A stretch of DNA of 64,000 bases, taken from Prochlorococcus sp. AG-355-I04 (GTDB lineage: Bacteria > Cyanobacteriota > Cyanobacteriia > PCC-6307 > Cyanobiaceae). Shown piece after piece: positions 39,537 to 50,834 of the stretch. Below the pieces are notes generated by a model. It was given only the letters and a program-made list of their open reading frames with translations, made no database searches and was not told the DNA's origin. The position numbers and the translations under genes were made by a program. The stretch's first letter is position 1. Each line of letters starts with the position of its first letter. The DNA lies in assembly GCA_003280915.1 (NCBI GenBank), contig QCDL01000004.1:37190-101189 (forward strand), read 5' to 3'.

Positions 39537-40970
39537 TTATTTTTTTTCTTTTTTATTTTGAGTTTTTGTAGTTTTTGTAGTTTTTGTAGTTTTTGTTGCG
39601 GTTTTTGTGGCTTTTGTTGTTTTCGAGGTTTTTGTAGCTTTAGAAGTTTTTGTAGTTTTTTCTTTTACTTCAGAATTTTCTTCAAGCCAAATTATTAATT
39701 TTTCTTTGAGTAAATCGTTACTTATTACTTCTGTTAATTTTTTAATATCTATTTGTTTTGAAGATTGAGATATTGCATCTTCATAATCTTTCATTTTTAA
39801 ATTAATTTCATCTTCCTCAACTTTTATGTTTTCTTTTTCAGCTAATGCTTTTAAAGCTAAATTTCTTTGAACATTTTTTTCAGCCTGAGGCCTTGTGGAC
39901 TCTGCTAGTGACTTAACTAATTCCGGAGTGAAAGTAGATTTAACATCAAGACCTTGTTGAGCAAATCTTTGAGCAGTTTGTTCAATATTGTTCCTCACTT
40001 CTATATCAATCATGGATTTTGGAATTTCAGCAACCAATTCGTTTGTTAAAGCATCTAGTAAAGCTTCAATTTTGATATCTTTTTGAGTTTTTTCAAAGTT
40101 GTCTTTAAGTTGCTTTTCAATATCTTTCTTTAACTCTTGTAATGATTCTTTGTTGCCAGACTGTTTTGCAAAATCGTCATTAAGTTCAGGCAATTCTTTT
40201 TCCTTAAGATCCTTAAGATTTACTTCAAAAATTGCTTCTTTACCTCTTGAATCCTCATGAGAATAATCATCAGGAAATTTAAGGTTAAGTGTTTTAGTAT
40301 CACCAATTTTCATCTTTACGATTCCCTCAACGAAACCGGGAATCATTTTGTTCTTTTCTAACTCAAGATCCATTGATTCACTTGTTCCACCATCAATCTC
40401 TTTACCAGAATCTTTATATTTTCCTTTGAAACTAACTACAGCAATATCTCCTAATTTTGCTGCTCTATTGGTAACTGGAATAATGTTTGCAAACTGATTT
40501 CTAGATTTTTCTAGCGCTTCATCTATTGACTTAGGATCAAACTTTGTCTTTGATATTTCAACACTTAGTCCTTTGGATTTTTTAAGTTTTAATTCTGGGG
40601 CAACATCAGTTTGAAGAGTAACATTAAGTGATTTTTCAGGACTAAACTTTGCTAGTAAAGATTCAAATCCATCTACTAATTCTGGCTCACTTAGTGGCTC
40701 TATAGATTTTATTTTTAACGCTTCTTGCCATGATTTATCAATAATTTTTTCCAGAGCAGAAGCATGTAATTGTGTGATGCCAATTCTTTGGATTAAGACT
40801 TGTTTAGGAATCTTACCAAGTCTAAATCCCGGAATTTTTGCCGAACGACTGATAGAACTAATTGTTTCATTTAGACACGTTTTGCATGTCTCAGATGGTA
40901 TCTCTAATTCGAATGAAATTCTACTTTGAGGCAGAAGAGTTGTTTTGACTATTAGTGCATCTTTAGCCAT
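39537..40970 (-). CDS. tig: Trigger factor
   Basis: IPGFRLGK ribosome-binding motif, FKBP domain (MIPGFVEGI, FPDDY); tig-clpP-clpX order. Confidence 0.96.
   Translation of the reverse strand: MAKDALIVKTTLLPQSRISFELEIPSETCKTCLNETISSISRSAKIPGFRLGKIPKQVLIQRIGITQLHASALEKIIDKSWQEALKIKSIEPLSEPELVDGFESLLAKFSPEKSLNVTLQTDVAPELKLKKSKGLSVEISKTKFDPKSIDEALEKSRNQFANIIPVTNRAAKLGDIAVVSFKGKYKDSGKEIDGGTSESMDLELEKNKMIPGFVEGIVKMKIGDTKTLNLKFPDDYSHEDSRGKEAIFEVNLKDLKEKELPELNDDFAKQSGNKESLQELKKDIEKQLKDNFEKTQKDIKIEALLDALTNELVAEIPKSMIDIEVRNNIEQTAQRFAQQGLDVKSTFTPELVKSLAESTRPQAEKNVQRNLALKALAEKENIKVEEDEINLKMKDYEDAISQSSKQIDIKKLTEVISNDLLKEKLIIWLEENSEVKEKTTKTSKATKTSKTTKATKTATKTTKTTKTTKTQNKKEKK
39562..39660 (-). repeat. Degenerate 9-bp tandem repeat (AAAACTACA-like) encoding the Lys/Thr-rich tail of trigger factor
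   Basis: The plus strand shows repeated GTTTTTGTA units; the protein reads KTTKTSKATKTSKTTKATKTATKTTKTTKTTKT. Confidence 0.9.
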
Positions 40971-41093
40971 GTTTTCTAAGTTATTACTATGAACCGAATC
41001 TTAATTATTTCACATTATGTGATTTCCTTGAAAGTTAATTTTTTGATAAAGTAAAAAAAATAGTCAATCTATTTATAAAAATCATCTTAAAGT

Positions 41094-42125
41094 GTGAGAC
41101 AATCTCCGTATTTGCCTAATAGGCCATTAAAAGTTGCTGTTTTAGGTTCTTCAGGTGCTGTGGGATCTGAATTGCTAAAAATTCTTGAACAACGTGATTT
41201 CCCAATATCAGAATTGGTCTTGCTTTCATCAGAGCGGTCAGAAGGAAAAAAAATTATTTGGAAAGATGAAGAATTAGTTACAAAAAAAACAACTAAGGAA
41301 GAATTTAAGAATCTTGATTTAGTTTTGGCTTCAGCTGGCGGAAGTATTTCAAAAAAATGGTTGTCTACCATTATTGATCAAAATGCTTTACTGATAGATA
41401 ATTCAAGTGCTTTCAGATTAGATAAGAACGTTCCTCTTATCGTCCCTGAAGTTAATGCTCGTGACGTACTTAATCATGATGGGGTAATAGCTAATCCAAA
41501 CTGCACTACCATTTTGTTGACATTAGTTTTAGCTCCATTAAACAAACTTTCGACTATCCAAAGAGTTATTGTCTCAACATATCAATCTGTTAGTGGTGCA
41601 GGCCAACTGGCGATGGAGGAACTAAAACTTTTAACTGAACAATATCTTCAAGGAAATCCTCAAAAAAGTGAAGTTTTGCCATACTCCCTTGCCTTTAATT
41701 TGTTTTTGCATAATTCCCCTATGCTTTCAAATAATTACTGCGAAGAAGAGATGAAAATGGTTAATGAGACAAGGAAAATATTAAATATTGCTGATTTAAA
41801 GCTCTCTGCTACATGTGTTCGAGTCCCAGTACTGAGAGCACATTCTGAATCGATCAATATTGAATTTGCCGATGTAGTTGAGCCTAAAGATGCTCTTGAA
41901 GAATTAAAAAAATCTCCTGGAATTGAAGTTATTGAGGATTACAAAAATAATAGATTTCCTATGCCAAATGACGTTATGGGAAGCGATAATGTTGCTGTTG
42001 GTAGGCTAAGAACTGATATAAGTGAGCCTCATGGATTAGAATTATGGTTATGTGGAGATCAAATAAGAAAAGGAGCAGCTCTGAATGCTGTTCAAATAGC
42101 TGAGTTATTAATTCCAAAAAAATGA
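41094..42125 (+). CDS. asd: Aspartate-semialdehyde dehydrogenase
   Basis: [43 protein letters not shown]. Confidence 0.97.
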   Translation: MRQSPYLPNRPLKVAVLGSSGAVGSELLKILEQRDFPISELVLLSSERSEGKKIIWKDEELVTKKTTKEEFKNLDLVLASAGGSISKKWLSTIIDQNALLIDNSSAFRLDKNVPLIVPEVNARDVLNHDGVIANPNCTTILLTLVLAPLNKLSTIQRVIVSTYQSVSGAGQLAMEELKLLTEQYLQGNPQKSEVLPYSLAFNLFLHNSPMLSNNYCEEEMKMVNETRKILNIADLKLSATCVRVPVLRAHSESINIEFADVVEPKDALEELKKSPGIEVIEDYKNNRFPMPNDVMGSDNVAVGRLRTDISEPHGLELWLCGDQIRKGAALNAVQIAELLIPKK

Positions 42126-43024
42126 TTACAGACAAAACTGAGTGTAATAATCCACTATTTGGAAGAATATTGACTGCAATGGTTACTCCATTCACTGAGA
42201 ATGGAGATGTAGATTATGAACTAGCTATAAAACTTTCAAATTATCTTTTTGAGAACGGTTCCGATGGAATTGTGTTGTGCGGTACTACTGGAGAATCTCC
42301 GACTCTTTCATGGGCGGAACAGCATGATTTATTTATTGCGGTAAAAGGATCTTTGGATGCAAGCTGTAAAGTAATAGTTGGCACTGGTAGCAATTGTACA
42401 AGCGAAGCTGTGGAAGCTACAAAAAAAGCTTACGACTCTGGTGCCGACGGTGCTTTGGTCGTTGTTCCTTATTACAATAAGCCGCCTCAAGAAGGTCTTT
42501 ATAAACATTTCAGTTCTGTTGCTAAATCTGCAAAGGATTTGCCTCTTATGCTCTACAACATTCCTAGCAGGACTGGATGCAATTTATTACCTGATACTGT
42601 GAAGAAACTTATGGATTTCTCAAATATTCTCAGTATTAAAGCTGCAAGCGGTAGAATAGAAGAAGTAACAGAACTAAGAGCTATTTGCGGCTCCGAACTC
42701 TCTGTATATAGTGGCGACGATTCATTGTTGCTTCCAATGTTATCTGTAGGTGCTGTAGGAGTAGTAAGTGTTGCAAGTCATTTAGTTGGATTGCAATTGA
42801 GAGAGATGATTCATTCTTTTCAAAGTGGAAAGGTTTCCAATGCTCTTGCTATTCATGAAAAACTTCAGCCTCTTTTTAAAGCACTCTTTATGACTACTAA
42901 TCCAATCCCTATTAAGGCTGCTTTGGAACTATCGGGATGGGATGTAGGTAATCCTAGAAGTCCTTTGTCACCTTTAACCAATGACATGAAAAAGCAACTT
43001 TCTTTTATCCTGAATTCCTTATAA
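42122..43024 (+). CDS. dapA: 4-hydroxy-tetrahydrodipicolinate synthase
   Basis: GTTGES, PYYNKP, LYNIP, SIKAAS, YSGDD, TNPIPIK. Confidence 0.97.
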   Translation: MITDKTECNNPLFGRILTAMVTPFTENGDVDYELAIKLSNYLFENGSDGIVLCGTTGESPTLSWAEQHDLFIAVKGSLDASCKVIVGTGSNCTSEAVEATKKAYDSGADGALVVVPYYNKPPQEGLYKHFSSVAKSAKDLPLMLYNIPSRTGCNLLPDTVKKLMDFSNILSIKAASGRIEEVTELRAICGSELSVYSGDDSLLLPMLSVGAVGVVSVASHLVGLQLREMIHSFQSGKVSNALAIHEKLQPLFKALFMTTNPIPIKAALELSGWDVGNPRSPLSPLTNDMKKQLSFILNSL

Positions 43025-43104
43025 TAGGGATTATATTTAACTTGATAATTAAATTTAAATAAACCTTATTTGATTACAAGCAGGCCTTCATAAATTTCAA
43101 AATT

Positions 43105-45090
43105 ATGCAATCAAGTACAAATTCAACTGTAAATAGATCTACTCATGATTCATCTAGATCTAAAAGTAATACGCCAGCTCTACGAGTCATACCTCTTGGA
43201 GGACTACATGAAATAGGAAAAAACACTTGCGTTTTTGAATATGGTGATGAATTGATGCTTGTTGATGCTGGCCTAGCTTTCCCATCTGATGGTATGCATG
43301 GCGTAAACGTTGTTATGCCTGATACAACTTTTTTAAAAGAAAATCAAAGAAGAATAAAAGGAATGATTGTTACTCACGGGCATGAAGATCACATTGGAGG
43401 TATTTCTCATCATCTAAAGCATTTTAATATTCCCATTATTTATGGCCCAAGACTGGCAATGTCAATGCTTAGAGGAAAAATGGAGGAAGCAGGGGTATCT
43501 GATAGAACAACTATACAAACAGTAAATCCAAGAGATGTTGTAAAAGTAGGACAACATTTTTCTGTTGAATTTATTCGAAATACCCATTCTATTTGCGATA
43601 GCTTTTCTTTAGCAGTCACAACACCTGTTGGCACAATTATTTTCACGGGAGATTTTAAGTTTGATCATATGCCAGTAGATGGAGAGCAATTTGATATTGA
43701 AAGAATGGTGCATTACGGAGAGAAGGGTGTTTTATGCATGTTCAGTGATTCTACTAATGCCGAAGTTCCAGGTTTTTGTCCTTCTGAGAAGACTATCTAT
43801 CCCTCTTTAGAAAAACATATTGCAGAGGCAAAAGAACGAGTTATCCTTACCACTTTTGCTAGTTCTGTTCATAGAGTGACAATGATCTTAGAATTGGCCA
43901 TGAAACATGGAAGAAAGGTCGGTTTGTTAGGTAGATCGATGATAAATGTTATTGCTAAGGCAAGAGATATTGGTTATATGAAATGCCCAGATGATTTGTT
44001 TGTTCCTATCAAGCAAATTAGAGATTTGCCAGATAGGGAGACCTTATTATTAATGACGGGTAGTCAAGGAGAACCCCTAGCAGCGTTAAGCAGAATCTCT
44101 CGTGGTGAACATCAGCATGTCCGTCTTAAGACTACTGATACTGTTATTTTTTCAGCCAGCCCAATTCCTGGTAATACTATTTCTGTTGTGAATACAATAG
44201 ATAGATTAATGAAACTCGGAGCAAAGGTTGTTTATGGAAAGGGTGAGAATATTCATGTTTCTGGTCATGGTTTTCAAGAAGATCAAAAGTTAATGTTGGC
44301 ACTCGCAAAACCTAAGTTTTTTGTTCCTGTTCATGGAGAACATAGAATGCTTGTCTGTCATGGCAAGAGTGCACAAACTATGGGGGTTCCAAAGGATAAT
44401 ATCTTAATTATTGAAAATGGAGATGTAGTTGAGTTAACTCCTAATTCTATTCAAAAGGGTGATCCTGTAAAAGCTGGTGTTGAACTGCTTGATAACTCAC
44501 GAAATGGGATAGTAGATGCTCGAGTATTAAAGGAAAGGCAGCAATTAGCTGGTGATGGTGTAGTAACTGTTCTAGCTCCTATTAGTACAGATGGGAAGAT
44601 GGTTGCGCCTCCTAGAGTTAATTTAAGAGGAGTTGTTACTACTGCAGAGCCAAGAAAAATGTCTATGTGGACAGAACGAGAAATAAGCTGGGTCTTAGAA
44701 AATAGATGGAAACAATTATCCAGGCAAACTGGGCCGAATAATTTTGAAGTAGATTGGATTGGTGTACAAAGAGAAATTGAAAATGGTTTATCGAGAAGAA
44801 TGAGAAGAGAATTACAAGTTGAACCACTTATTTTGTGTTTAGTTCAACCTGCTCCAAGTGGAACTCGTGCTTATATTCCAAAGATTACCGAAGAGCAAAA
44901 TTTCTCCAATAGAAATAGAAATAATAATAATTTCCATAAGAAATCAAACAATAATCATCCTAATAGTTCAAATAACCCACAAAATACCCAAAAAAGTCCA
45001 ACAGTTTCACAGAATTCATCAGCTGAGACTGCTAAAGAAGATTCATTTGAAGGTAGAACAAGAAGAAGAAGATCTGCTGTAACATCTTAA
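43105..45090 (+). CDS. rnj: Ribonuclease J
   Basis: GGLHEIGKN, THGHEDHIG, GDFKFD, GSQGEP, HVSGH, PVHGE; asd-dapA-rnj order. Confidence 0.96.
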   Translation: MQSSTNSTVNRSTHDSSRSKSNTPALRVIPLGGLHEIGKNTCVFEYGDELMLVDAGLAFPSDGMHGVNVVMPDTTFLKENQRRIKGMIVTHGHEDHIGGISHHLKHFNIPIIYGPRLAMSMLRGKMEEAGVSDRTTIQTVNPRDVVKVGQHFSVEFIRNTHSICDSFSLAVTTPVGTIIFTGDFKFDHMPVDGEQFDIERMVHYGEKGVLCMFSDSTNAEVPGFCPSEKTIYPSLEKHIAEAKERVILTTFASSVHRVTMILELAMKHGRKVGLLGRSMINVIAKARDIGYMKCPDDLFVPIKQIRDLPDRETLLLMTGSQGEPLAALSRISRGEHQHVRLKTTDTVIFSASPIPGNTISVVNTIDRLMKLGAKVVYGKGENIHVSGHGFQEDQKLMLALAKPKFFVPVHGEHRMLVCHGKSAQTMGVPKDNILIIENGDVVELTPNSIQKGDPVKAGVELLDNSRNGIVDARVLKERQQLAGDGVVTVLAPISTDGKMVAPPRVNLRGVVTTAEPRKMSMWTEREISWVLENRWKQLSRQTGPNNFEVDWIGVQREIENGLSRRMRRELQVEPLILCLVQPAPSGTRAYIPKITEEQNFSNRNRNNNNFHKKSNNNHPNSSNNPQNTQKSPTVSQNSSAETAKEDSFEGRTRRRRSAVTS

Positions 45091-46097
45091 CTTTTTTCAA
45101 AATTTATAAAGTTTTTATCCCAAACAATTTTTAAAAACTCTTGCAGATTAATTTGACCTTTATTTTTTTCATAAATTGAAGTTGCTAATTTTGTCAGATT
45201 TTTAGAACTACATTGCTTTGCAGATATTTCTTTTAAAAATCTATTTAAAATTGTGCACCTCGCTTCAATACACATACCATTTAGGAGATTCCTATCGATA
45301 CCTTTAACATCTTTACAATATAGATACGCTAGTTCACTAAGATCATTACGTTCGTTATTGTATTTGCTCATTTTTTGGGAAAAATTATTTATCCTTTTAG
45401 AACAACCAGGATAGATGACTTCTAAAGTAGGAATAATTTTTTTTCTTACTAAATTTCTTTTTAATTTAAGATCTGAATTCGTAGGATCTTCCCAGACTGG
45501 GATCCTCATATCATTGCAAAATTGTTTTGTATCTTCCCTACTGAAAATTAATATTGGTCTTATTAAATAAATTTGATTTTCTATTAATCTTTTACTCTCA
45601 ATATTACTCAGACCTGCAAAATTACTTCCTCTAGATAAATTGAGGATAAATGTTTCTGCATTATCACTACTCGTGTGACCAGTTAATAAATAAATATTAT
45701 GCTTTTTTTGGTTTTTATTCAATATAGTTTTGGCTCTTTCATATAATTTTTTATATCTCCATTCTCGTGCTTTTTCTTCTGAAGAAATACTTTCTTTATT
45801 TGCTTGATCAAAAAAGAATGAAATATTTTTATCTTCGCAATAATCTTTTAATTCAAGAGCATAAAGTGATGATTTTCCATGCCACTGATGATCACCATGC
45901 CAAACACTAATAGACCAATTATGTAGTTTTTTTAGATCGTTAATTAGGGTTAATAAGGCCATTGAGTCTTGACCTCCCGAAACACTTATTAAAATATTGG
46001 ATCCTTTGGGAATTAATACTTTTTTGGTAAGAATCTCCTTATGAAGCTGATGATGCCATGATGACCAATTTTTCTGACTTAATTTTTTATCAGTCAT
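45087..46097 (-). CDS. tilS: tRNA(Ile)-lysidine synthetase
   Basis: SVSGGQDS, HGDH, AREWRY, GHTSSDNAET, IRPIL, WEDPTN. Confidence 0.93.
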   Translation of the reverse strand: MTDKKLSQKNWSSWHHQLHKEILTKKVLIPKGSNILISVSGGQDSMALLTLINDLKKLHNWSISVWHGDHQWHGKSSLYALELKDYCEDKNISFFFDQANKESISSEEKAREWRYKKLYERAKTILNKNQKKHNIYLLTGHTSSDNAETFILNLSRGSNFAGLSNIESKRLIENQIYLIRPILIFSREDTKQFCNDMRIPVWEDPTNSDLKLKRNLVRKKIIPTLEVIYPGCSKRINNFSQKMSKYNNERNDLSELAYLYCKDVKGIDRNLLNGMCIEARCTILNRFLKEISAKQCSSKNLTKLATSIYEKNKGQINLQEFLKIVWDKNFINFEKS

Positions 46098-46182
46098 TTT
46101 GTGTTGCTCAGATAATATTTTTTAAAAAATGCACTGTTTTACTAAAACAATGTCACAATCGGGTAATAAATTCATTAAGTAA

Positions 46183-46959
46183 ATGAGTCTGATTAATCTT
46201 TTGCCACAAAAAATCAAAGAAGAGTTAAGAAGCAAATCCTTACTCAAAGTTATTTCAGGATTGAATAATTTCGATGTTCAGTCTGTGAAAATAATTGTGG
46301 AGGCTGCTTCATTAGGAGGTGCAGATCTTGTCGATATTGCTTGTAAACCTGAACTCGTTGATTTAGCACTTAAGAATTCAACACTACCCGTTTGTGTTAG
46401 TTCAGTAGTGCCTCGATCTTTTCAAGATTGTGTAAAAGCAGGTGCATCATTAATTGAGATAGGAAATTACGATACTTTTTATGAAAAAGGCATTCATTTT
46501 TCAGATAAAAAAGTTTTAAACATTACAAAAGAGACGAGGGATATATTGCCTAATTTTCCTTTATCAGTAACTGTTCCTCATACTATGCCTATTGATAAAC
46601 AAGTTGATCTTGCTGTAAAGCTTGTTGAAGAAGGAGTTGATATTATTCAAACAGAAGGTGGTACCAGTTCTACTCCTTACTCTCCAGGAATTCAAGGTTT
46701 TTTTGAAAAATCAGTACCAACTCTTGCAGCTACCTATGCTATTCATCAAGAATTTAAGAAACAATCTCTGAATATACCAATCATGAGTGCCTCTGGATTA
46801 AGCCAAGTAACTTGTCCACTAGCAATATCTTCTGGAGCCTCAGCAGTTGGCGTTGGATCTGTGGTGAATAAATTAGATGATTTAATATCAATGATTGCGG
46901 TTGTTAGGGGCTTAAAAGAATCATTGAAAAATTCAATAATTGGAGAAAAAATTTCTTAG
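46183..46959 (+). CDS. ycf23: DUF561 / Ycf23-family TIM-barrel-like protein
   Basis: LKVISGLNNFD, GGADLVDIAC, IEIGNYD, IIQTEGGT, ASAVGVGS. Confidence 0.8.
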   Translation: MSLINLLPQKIKEELRSKSLLKVISGLNNFDVQSVKIIVEAASLGGADLVDIACKPELVDLALKNSTLPVCVSSVVPRSFQDCVKAGASLIEIGNYDTFYEKGIHFSDKKVLNITKETRDILPNFPLSVTVPHTMPIDKQVDLAVKLVEEGVDIIQTEGGTSSTPYSPGIQGFFEKSVPTLAATYAIHQEFKKQSLNIPIMSASGLSQVTCPLAISSGASAVGVGSVVNKLDDLISMIAVVRGLKESLKNSIIGEKIS

Positions 46960-46985
46960 TATAGCAACATCCTTTAGCTACTAGC

Positions 46986-49028
46986 TTGATGAATAACTAT
47001 AAGCTTCAAGCTCCTTATGAACCAAATGGAGATCAACCAGAAGCTATTAAAAAATTAGTTAAAGGCGTAAATAATGGTAAACACTTTCAGACTCTATTAG
47101 GGGCTACTGGAACTGGTAAAACATTTACCATTGCCAATGTAATTCAACAAACAGGAAGACCAGCACTTGTTTTAGCCCATAACAAAACATTGGCTGCACA
47201 ACTATGTAATGAATTAAGGGAATTTTTTCCAAAAAATGCTGTTGAGTACTTCATTTCTTACTACGATTATTATCAACCTGAAGCTTATGTACCTGTAAGT
47301 GATACTTACATAGCCAAAACTGCTTCAATCAATGAAGAAATAGATATGCTTAGGCATTCCGCAACACGCTCATTATTTGAAAGAAAAGATGTAATTGTTG
47401 TAGCCTCAATAAGTTGTATTTATGGTCTTGGTATACCGAGTGAGTATTTAAAAGCTGCAGTTAAATTTGAAGTGGGAAAATCAATAAATCTACGTTCTTC
47501 TTTGAGGTCTCTCGTTGAAAATCAATATACTAGAAATGATATTGAAATTACTAGAGGTAGATTCAGGATTAAAGGTGATGTTTTAGAAATCGGTCCAGCT
47601 TATGAAGATAGATTAATAAGAATTGAGTTTTTTGGTGATGAAGTCGAGGCTATTAGATATGTTGACCCTACTACAGGAGAAATACTTGAAAGTTTGGAAC
47701 AAGTTAGCGTTTACCCAGCGAAGCATTTTGTGACACCAAAAGAAAGACTTGAGAGTGCAATAAGTGCAATTAGAAATGAATTAAAAACTCAACTCGATAA
47801 ATTTACATATGAAGGAAAATTATTAGAGGCTCAACGTCTAGAACAACGTACAAAATATGATTTAGAAATGCTTAAAGAGGTTGGCTATTGTAATGGAGTT
47901 GAGAATTATGCTCGTCATTTATCAGGAAGGGAAGAAGGTTCGCCGCCAGAATGCTTAATAGATTACTTTCCCGAAGATTGGTTGTTGGTAGTTGATGAGA
48001 GTCATGTAACATGTCCTCAACTTCATGCGATGTACAACGGTGATCAATCTAGAAAAAAAGTTTTAATAGATCATGGTTTTAGATTGCCAAGTGCTGCAGA
48101 TAATAGACCTTTAAAATGTGAAGAGTTTTGGGAAAAATCAAAACAGACATTATTTATAAGTGCAACCCCCGGTCAATGGGAATTAGATCAATGTGATGGT
48201 GAATTTATTGAGCAAGTTATAAGACCAACTGGGGTATTAGATCCGGTAATTGATGTAAGACCTAGTGAAGGCCAAATAGAAGATCTGTTATCTGAAATAA
48301 GAATTCGAGCTGAAAAGAATCAAAGAGTGCTTGTGACAACACTTACTAAGAGAATGGCTGAAGATCTAACTGATTTTTTATCTGAAAATAAAGTAAGAGT
48401 TAGATATTTGCATTCCGAAATCCATTCAATTGAAAGAATTGAAATTATTCAAGACCTTAGAATGGGCGAATATGATGTTTTGGTAGGAGTTAATTTATTA
48501 AGAGAGGGACTTGATCTTCCAGAAGTATCCTTAGTAGCCATTTTAGATGCTGATAAAGAAGGTTTTTTGAGGGCAGAAAGGTCATTGATTCAAACAATAG
48601 GAAGAGCTGCCAGACATGTTGAAGGTGTTGCTTTGCTTTATGCAGATAACTTCACAGATTCAATGAAAAGAGCAATATCTGAAACTGAAAGAAGAAGAAC
48701 TATTCAAAAAAAATATAACCAAGTCAATGGTATTACTCCAAAACCTGCAGGCAAAAAAATAGAAAATTCAATATTATCTTTTCTAGAACTTTCCAGAAAA
48801 CTAGATGCTGATGGTTTATCTAAAGATTTAATAAATATAGTTAATAACAAAACTGATGCAATTCTCAGTTCCAGTGATAATCAATGTTTGCTCGAAGAAT
48901 TGCCTGACTTAATAGAAAAGTTAGAAATTAAAATGAAAGACGCCGCCAAAGAGTTAAATTTTGAAGAAGCAGCAAATTTGAGGGATAGAATCAAAAAATT
49001 AAGACAAAAATTGGCAAGAAATAATTAA
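46986..49028 (+). CDS. uvrB: Excinuclease ABC subunit B
   Basis: [44 protein letters not shown]-terminal UVR coil. Confidence 0.98.
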   Translation: MMNNYKLQAPYEPNGDQPEAIKKLVKGVNNGKHFQTLLGATGTGKTFTIANVIQQTGRPALVLAHNKTLAAQLCNELREFFPKNAVEYFISYYDYYQPEAYVPVSDTYIAKTASINEEIDMLRHSATRSLFERKDVIVVASISCIYGLGIPSEYLKAAVKFEVGKSINLRSSLRSLVENQYTRNDIEITRGRFRIKGDVLEIGPAYEDRLIRIEFFGDEVEAIRYVDPTTGEILESLEQVSVYPAKHFVTPKERLESAISAIRNELKTQLDKFTYEGKLLEAQRLEQRTKYDLEMLKEVGYCNGVENYARHLSGREEGSPPECLIDYFPEDWLLVVDESHVTCPQLHAMYNGDQSRKKVLIDHGFRLPSAADNRPLKCEEFWEKSKQTLFISATPGQWELDQCDGEFIEQVIRPTGVLDPVIDVRPSEGQIEDLLSEIRIRAEKNQRVLVTTLTKRMAEDLTDFLSENKVRVRYLHSEIHSIERIEIIQDLRMGEYDVLVGVNLLREGLDLPEVSLVAILDADKEGFLRAERSLIQTIGRAARHVEGVALLYADNFTDSMKRAISETERRRTIQKKYNQVNGITPKPAGKKIENSILSFLELSRKLDADGLSKDLINIVNNKTDAILSSSDNQCLLEELPDLIEKLEIKMKDAAKELNFEEAANLRDRIKKLRQKLARNN

Positions 49029-49035
49029 AAAGAAC

Positions 49036-50796
49036 TTATTTTTCTAATTCGAAATGATTATGAATCGCATTAACTGCTTTGTCACAATCTTTTTCTAAGA
49101 CAATACATGAAGTCCTAATTTCACTCGTGGCAATCATTTCAATATTGATATTTTGATCAGCCAATGCTCTAAATATTTTTCCAGCCGTACCAACCTTAAA
49201 TGCCATTCCCGCTCCTACAGTACTTACTTTTGCTATAGCAGGGCCATCTTCAATGTATGATCCTGTTAATTTTTTTGTTAAGGTCTCAAAAACTAAGTTA
49301 GCTTTTTCTCTATCTTGTTTATTCATTGTTAGGCTAATATCCTTAGTTTTTAAAGAGGAAATTCTTTCAGACTGAACAATAGTATCGATAAGTAAATTAT
49401 TTTCAGCTAATGCTAAACATATTGATGCTGCTACACCAGGACGATCAGGCAGTTTTCGAAAGCTTACCTGAACTTGGTTTTTATCTAATGCAATTCCTCT
49501 TACTTCAGGTTGATCTTGTTTTTCATTGATTGGATTAACAAATATTTGTGTATCGGATAACTTAAATTTCTCAGCAACAAATCTAATAGCTTTTGGTATA
49601 TTATTGATTTCAATTACACAGCTGACTTTAATTTCACTAGTTGCTATTAACCTTACATTTATATTCGCTTGAGATAAAGTATCGAATAAATCAGCTGAAA
49701 CACTAGGTCTGCCCATAATGCCTGCTCCTTGAATACTTAATTTAGTCATGTTGGTTTTTAAGTTAAATTCTCCCCCTAATTGACCAGTTATAAGTTCACA
49801 TTGTTCTGTAGTCTTTTTTACTTCTAATTCACCAACAGTAAATGTAATATCGTTTTTATTTCCATCATTTGTCGCTTGTATTATTAAATCTACGTTAATA
49901 CTTGCTTCTGAAAGTTTTTCAAATATTTGCGCAGCAATCCCAGGCCTATCAGGAATATTTGAGAGACTGAATACTGCTTGGTTTTCTAATACTTCAAGAC
50001 TATTGACTGTTTTTGTTAATTCTAAGCTTCCTCTTTTTAGCGGGAGAGGTTGGATTTGACTTTCTAGGAGAGTCCCACTGGAGTCACTTTGGCTTGATTT
50101 GACACACAATTTAATTCCATAATTGCGAGCAATTTCTACTGCTCTTGGATGTAGAACCGAAGCACCGACGCTTGCAAGTTCAAGCATTTCCTCGCAGCTA
50201 ATTTTATCTAAGAGTTTTGCATTAGGAACAATCCTTGGATCAGTAGTAAGAACCCCTGGAACGTCTGTATAAATTTCGCAAGTCTCAGCTCCTAAAGCTG
50301 TTGATAAAGCTACCGCGGAAGTATCTGAACCACCTCTACCCAAAGTTGTAATTTCCATTGAACCCGTATGGCTTAAAGTTGTTCCTTGAAATCCAGCCAC
50401 GACAACGACAAAACCCTGATTTAAATAATTTTGGATCCTTTCTGTTTTAATATCCAAAATTCTCGCTTTCCCATGAATTGATTCAGTAATAATTCCAACC
50501 TGGCTACCAGTCATTGAAATTGCAGGTATTCCGTATTCGTTTAATGCCATTGAAAGAAGAGCTATGGTTACTTGCTCTCCAGTTGAGAGAAGCATATCCA
50601 ATTCTCTTCGATTAGGATTTTTACTAATTGATTCCGCTAAACAATTTAAATCATCTGTAGTTTGCCCCATCGCAGAGACAACCACGACAATTTCATTCCC
50701 TGCTTCTTTACTTTGACAAATGCTACTTGCAATATTTTTAATTTTTTTAATATCACCGACAGAAGTTCCGCCAAATTTTTTTACTAGTAAAGCCAT
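49036..50796 (-). CDS. lysC: Aspartate kinase (cyanobacterial type with tandem ACT domains)
   Basis: KKFGGTSV, LLSTGEQ, TLGRGGSDTSA, DVPGV, repeated DRPG and TSEI motifs. Confidence 0.96.
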   Translation of the reverse strand: MALLVKKFGGTSVGDIKKIKNIASSICQSKEAGNEIVVVVSAMGQTTDDLNCLAESISKNPNRRELDMLLSTGEQVTIALLSMALNEYGIPAISMTGSQVGIITESIHGKARILDIKTERIQNYLNQGFVVVVAGFQGTTLSHTGSMEITTLGRGGSDTSAVALSTALGAETCEIYTDVPGVLTTDPRIVPNAKLLDKISCEEMLELASVGASVLHPRAVEIARNYGIKLCVKSSQSDSSGTLLESQIQPLPLKRGSLELTKTVNSLEVLENQAVFSLSNIPDRPGIAAQIFEKLSEASINVDLIIQATNDGNKNDITFTVGELEVKKTTEQCELITGQLGGEFNLKTNMTKLSIQGAGIMGRPSVSADLFDTLSQANINVRLIATSEIKVSCVIEINNIPKAIRFVAEKFKLSDTQIFVNPINEKQDQPEVRGIALDKNQVQVSFRKLPDRPGVAASICLALAENNLLIDTIVQSERISSLKTKDISLTMNKQDREKANLVFETLTKKLTGSYIEDGPAIAKVSTVGAGMAFKVGTAGKIFRALADQNINIEMIATSEIRTSCIVLEKDCDKAVNAIHNHFELEK

Positions 50797-50834
50797 ACTT
50801 AAATCATAATGTAAATTCTTAAACTTATATTTGG

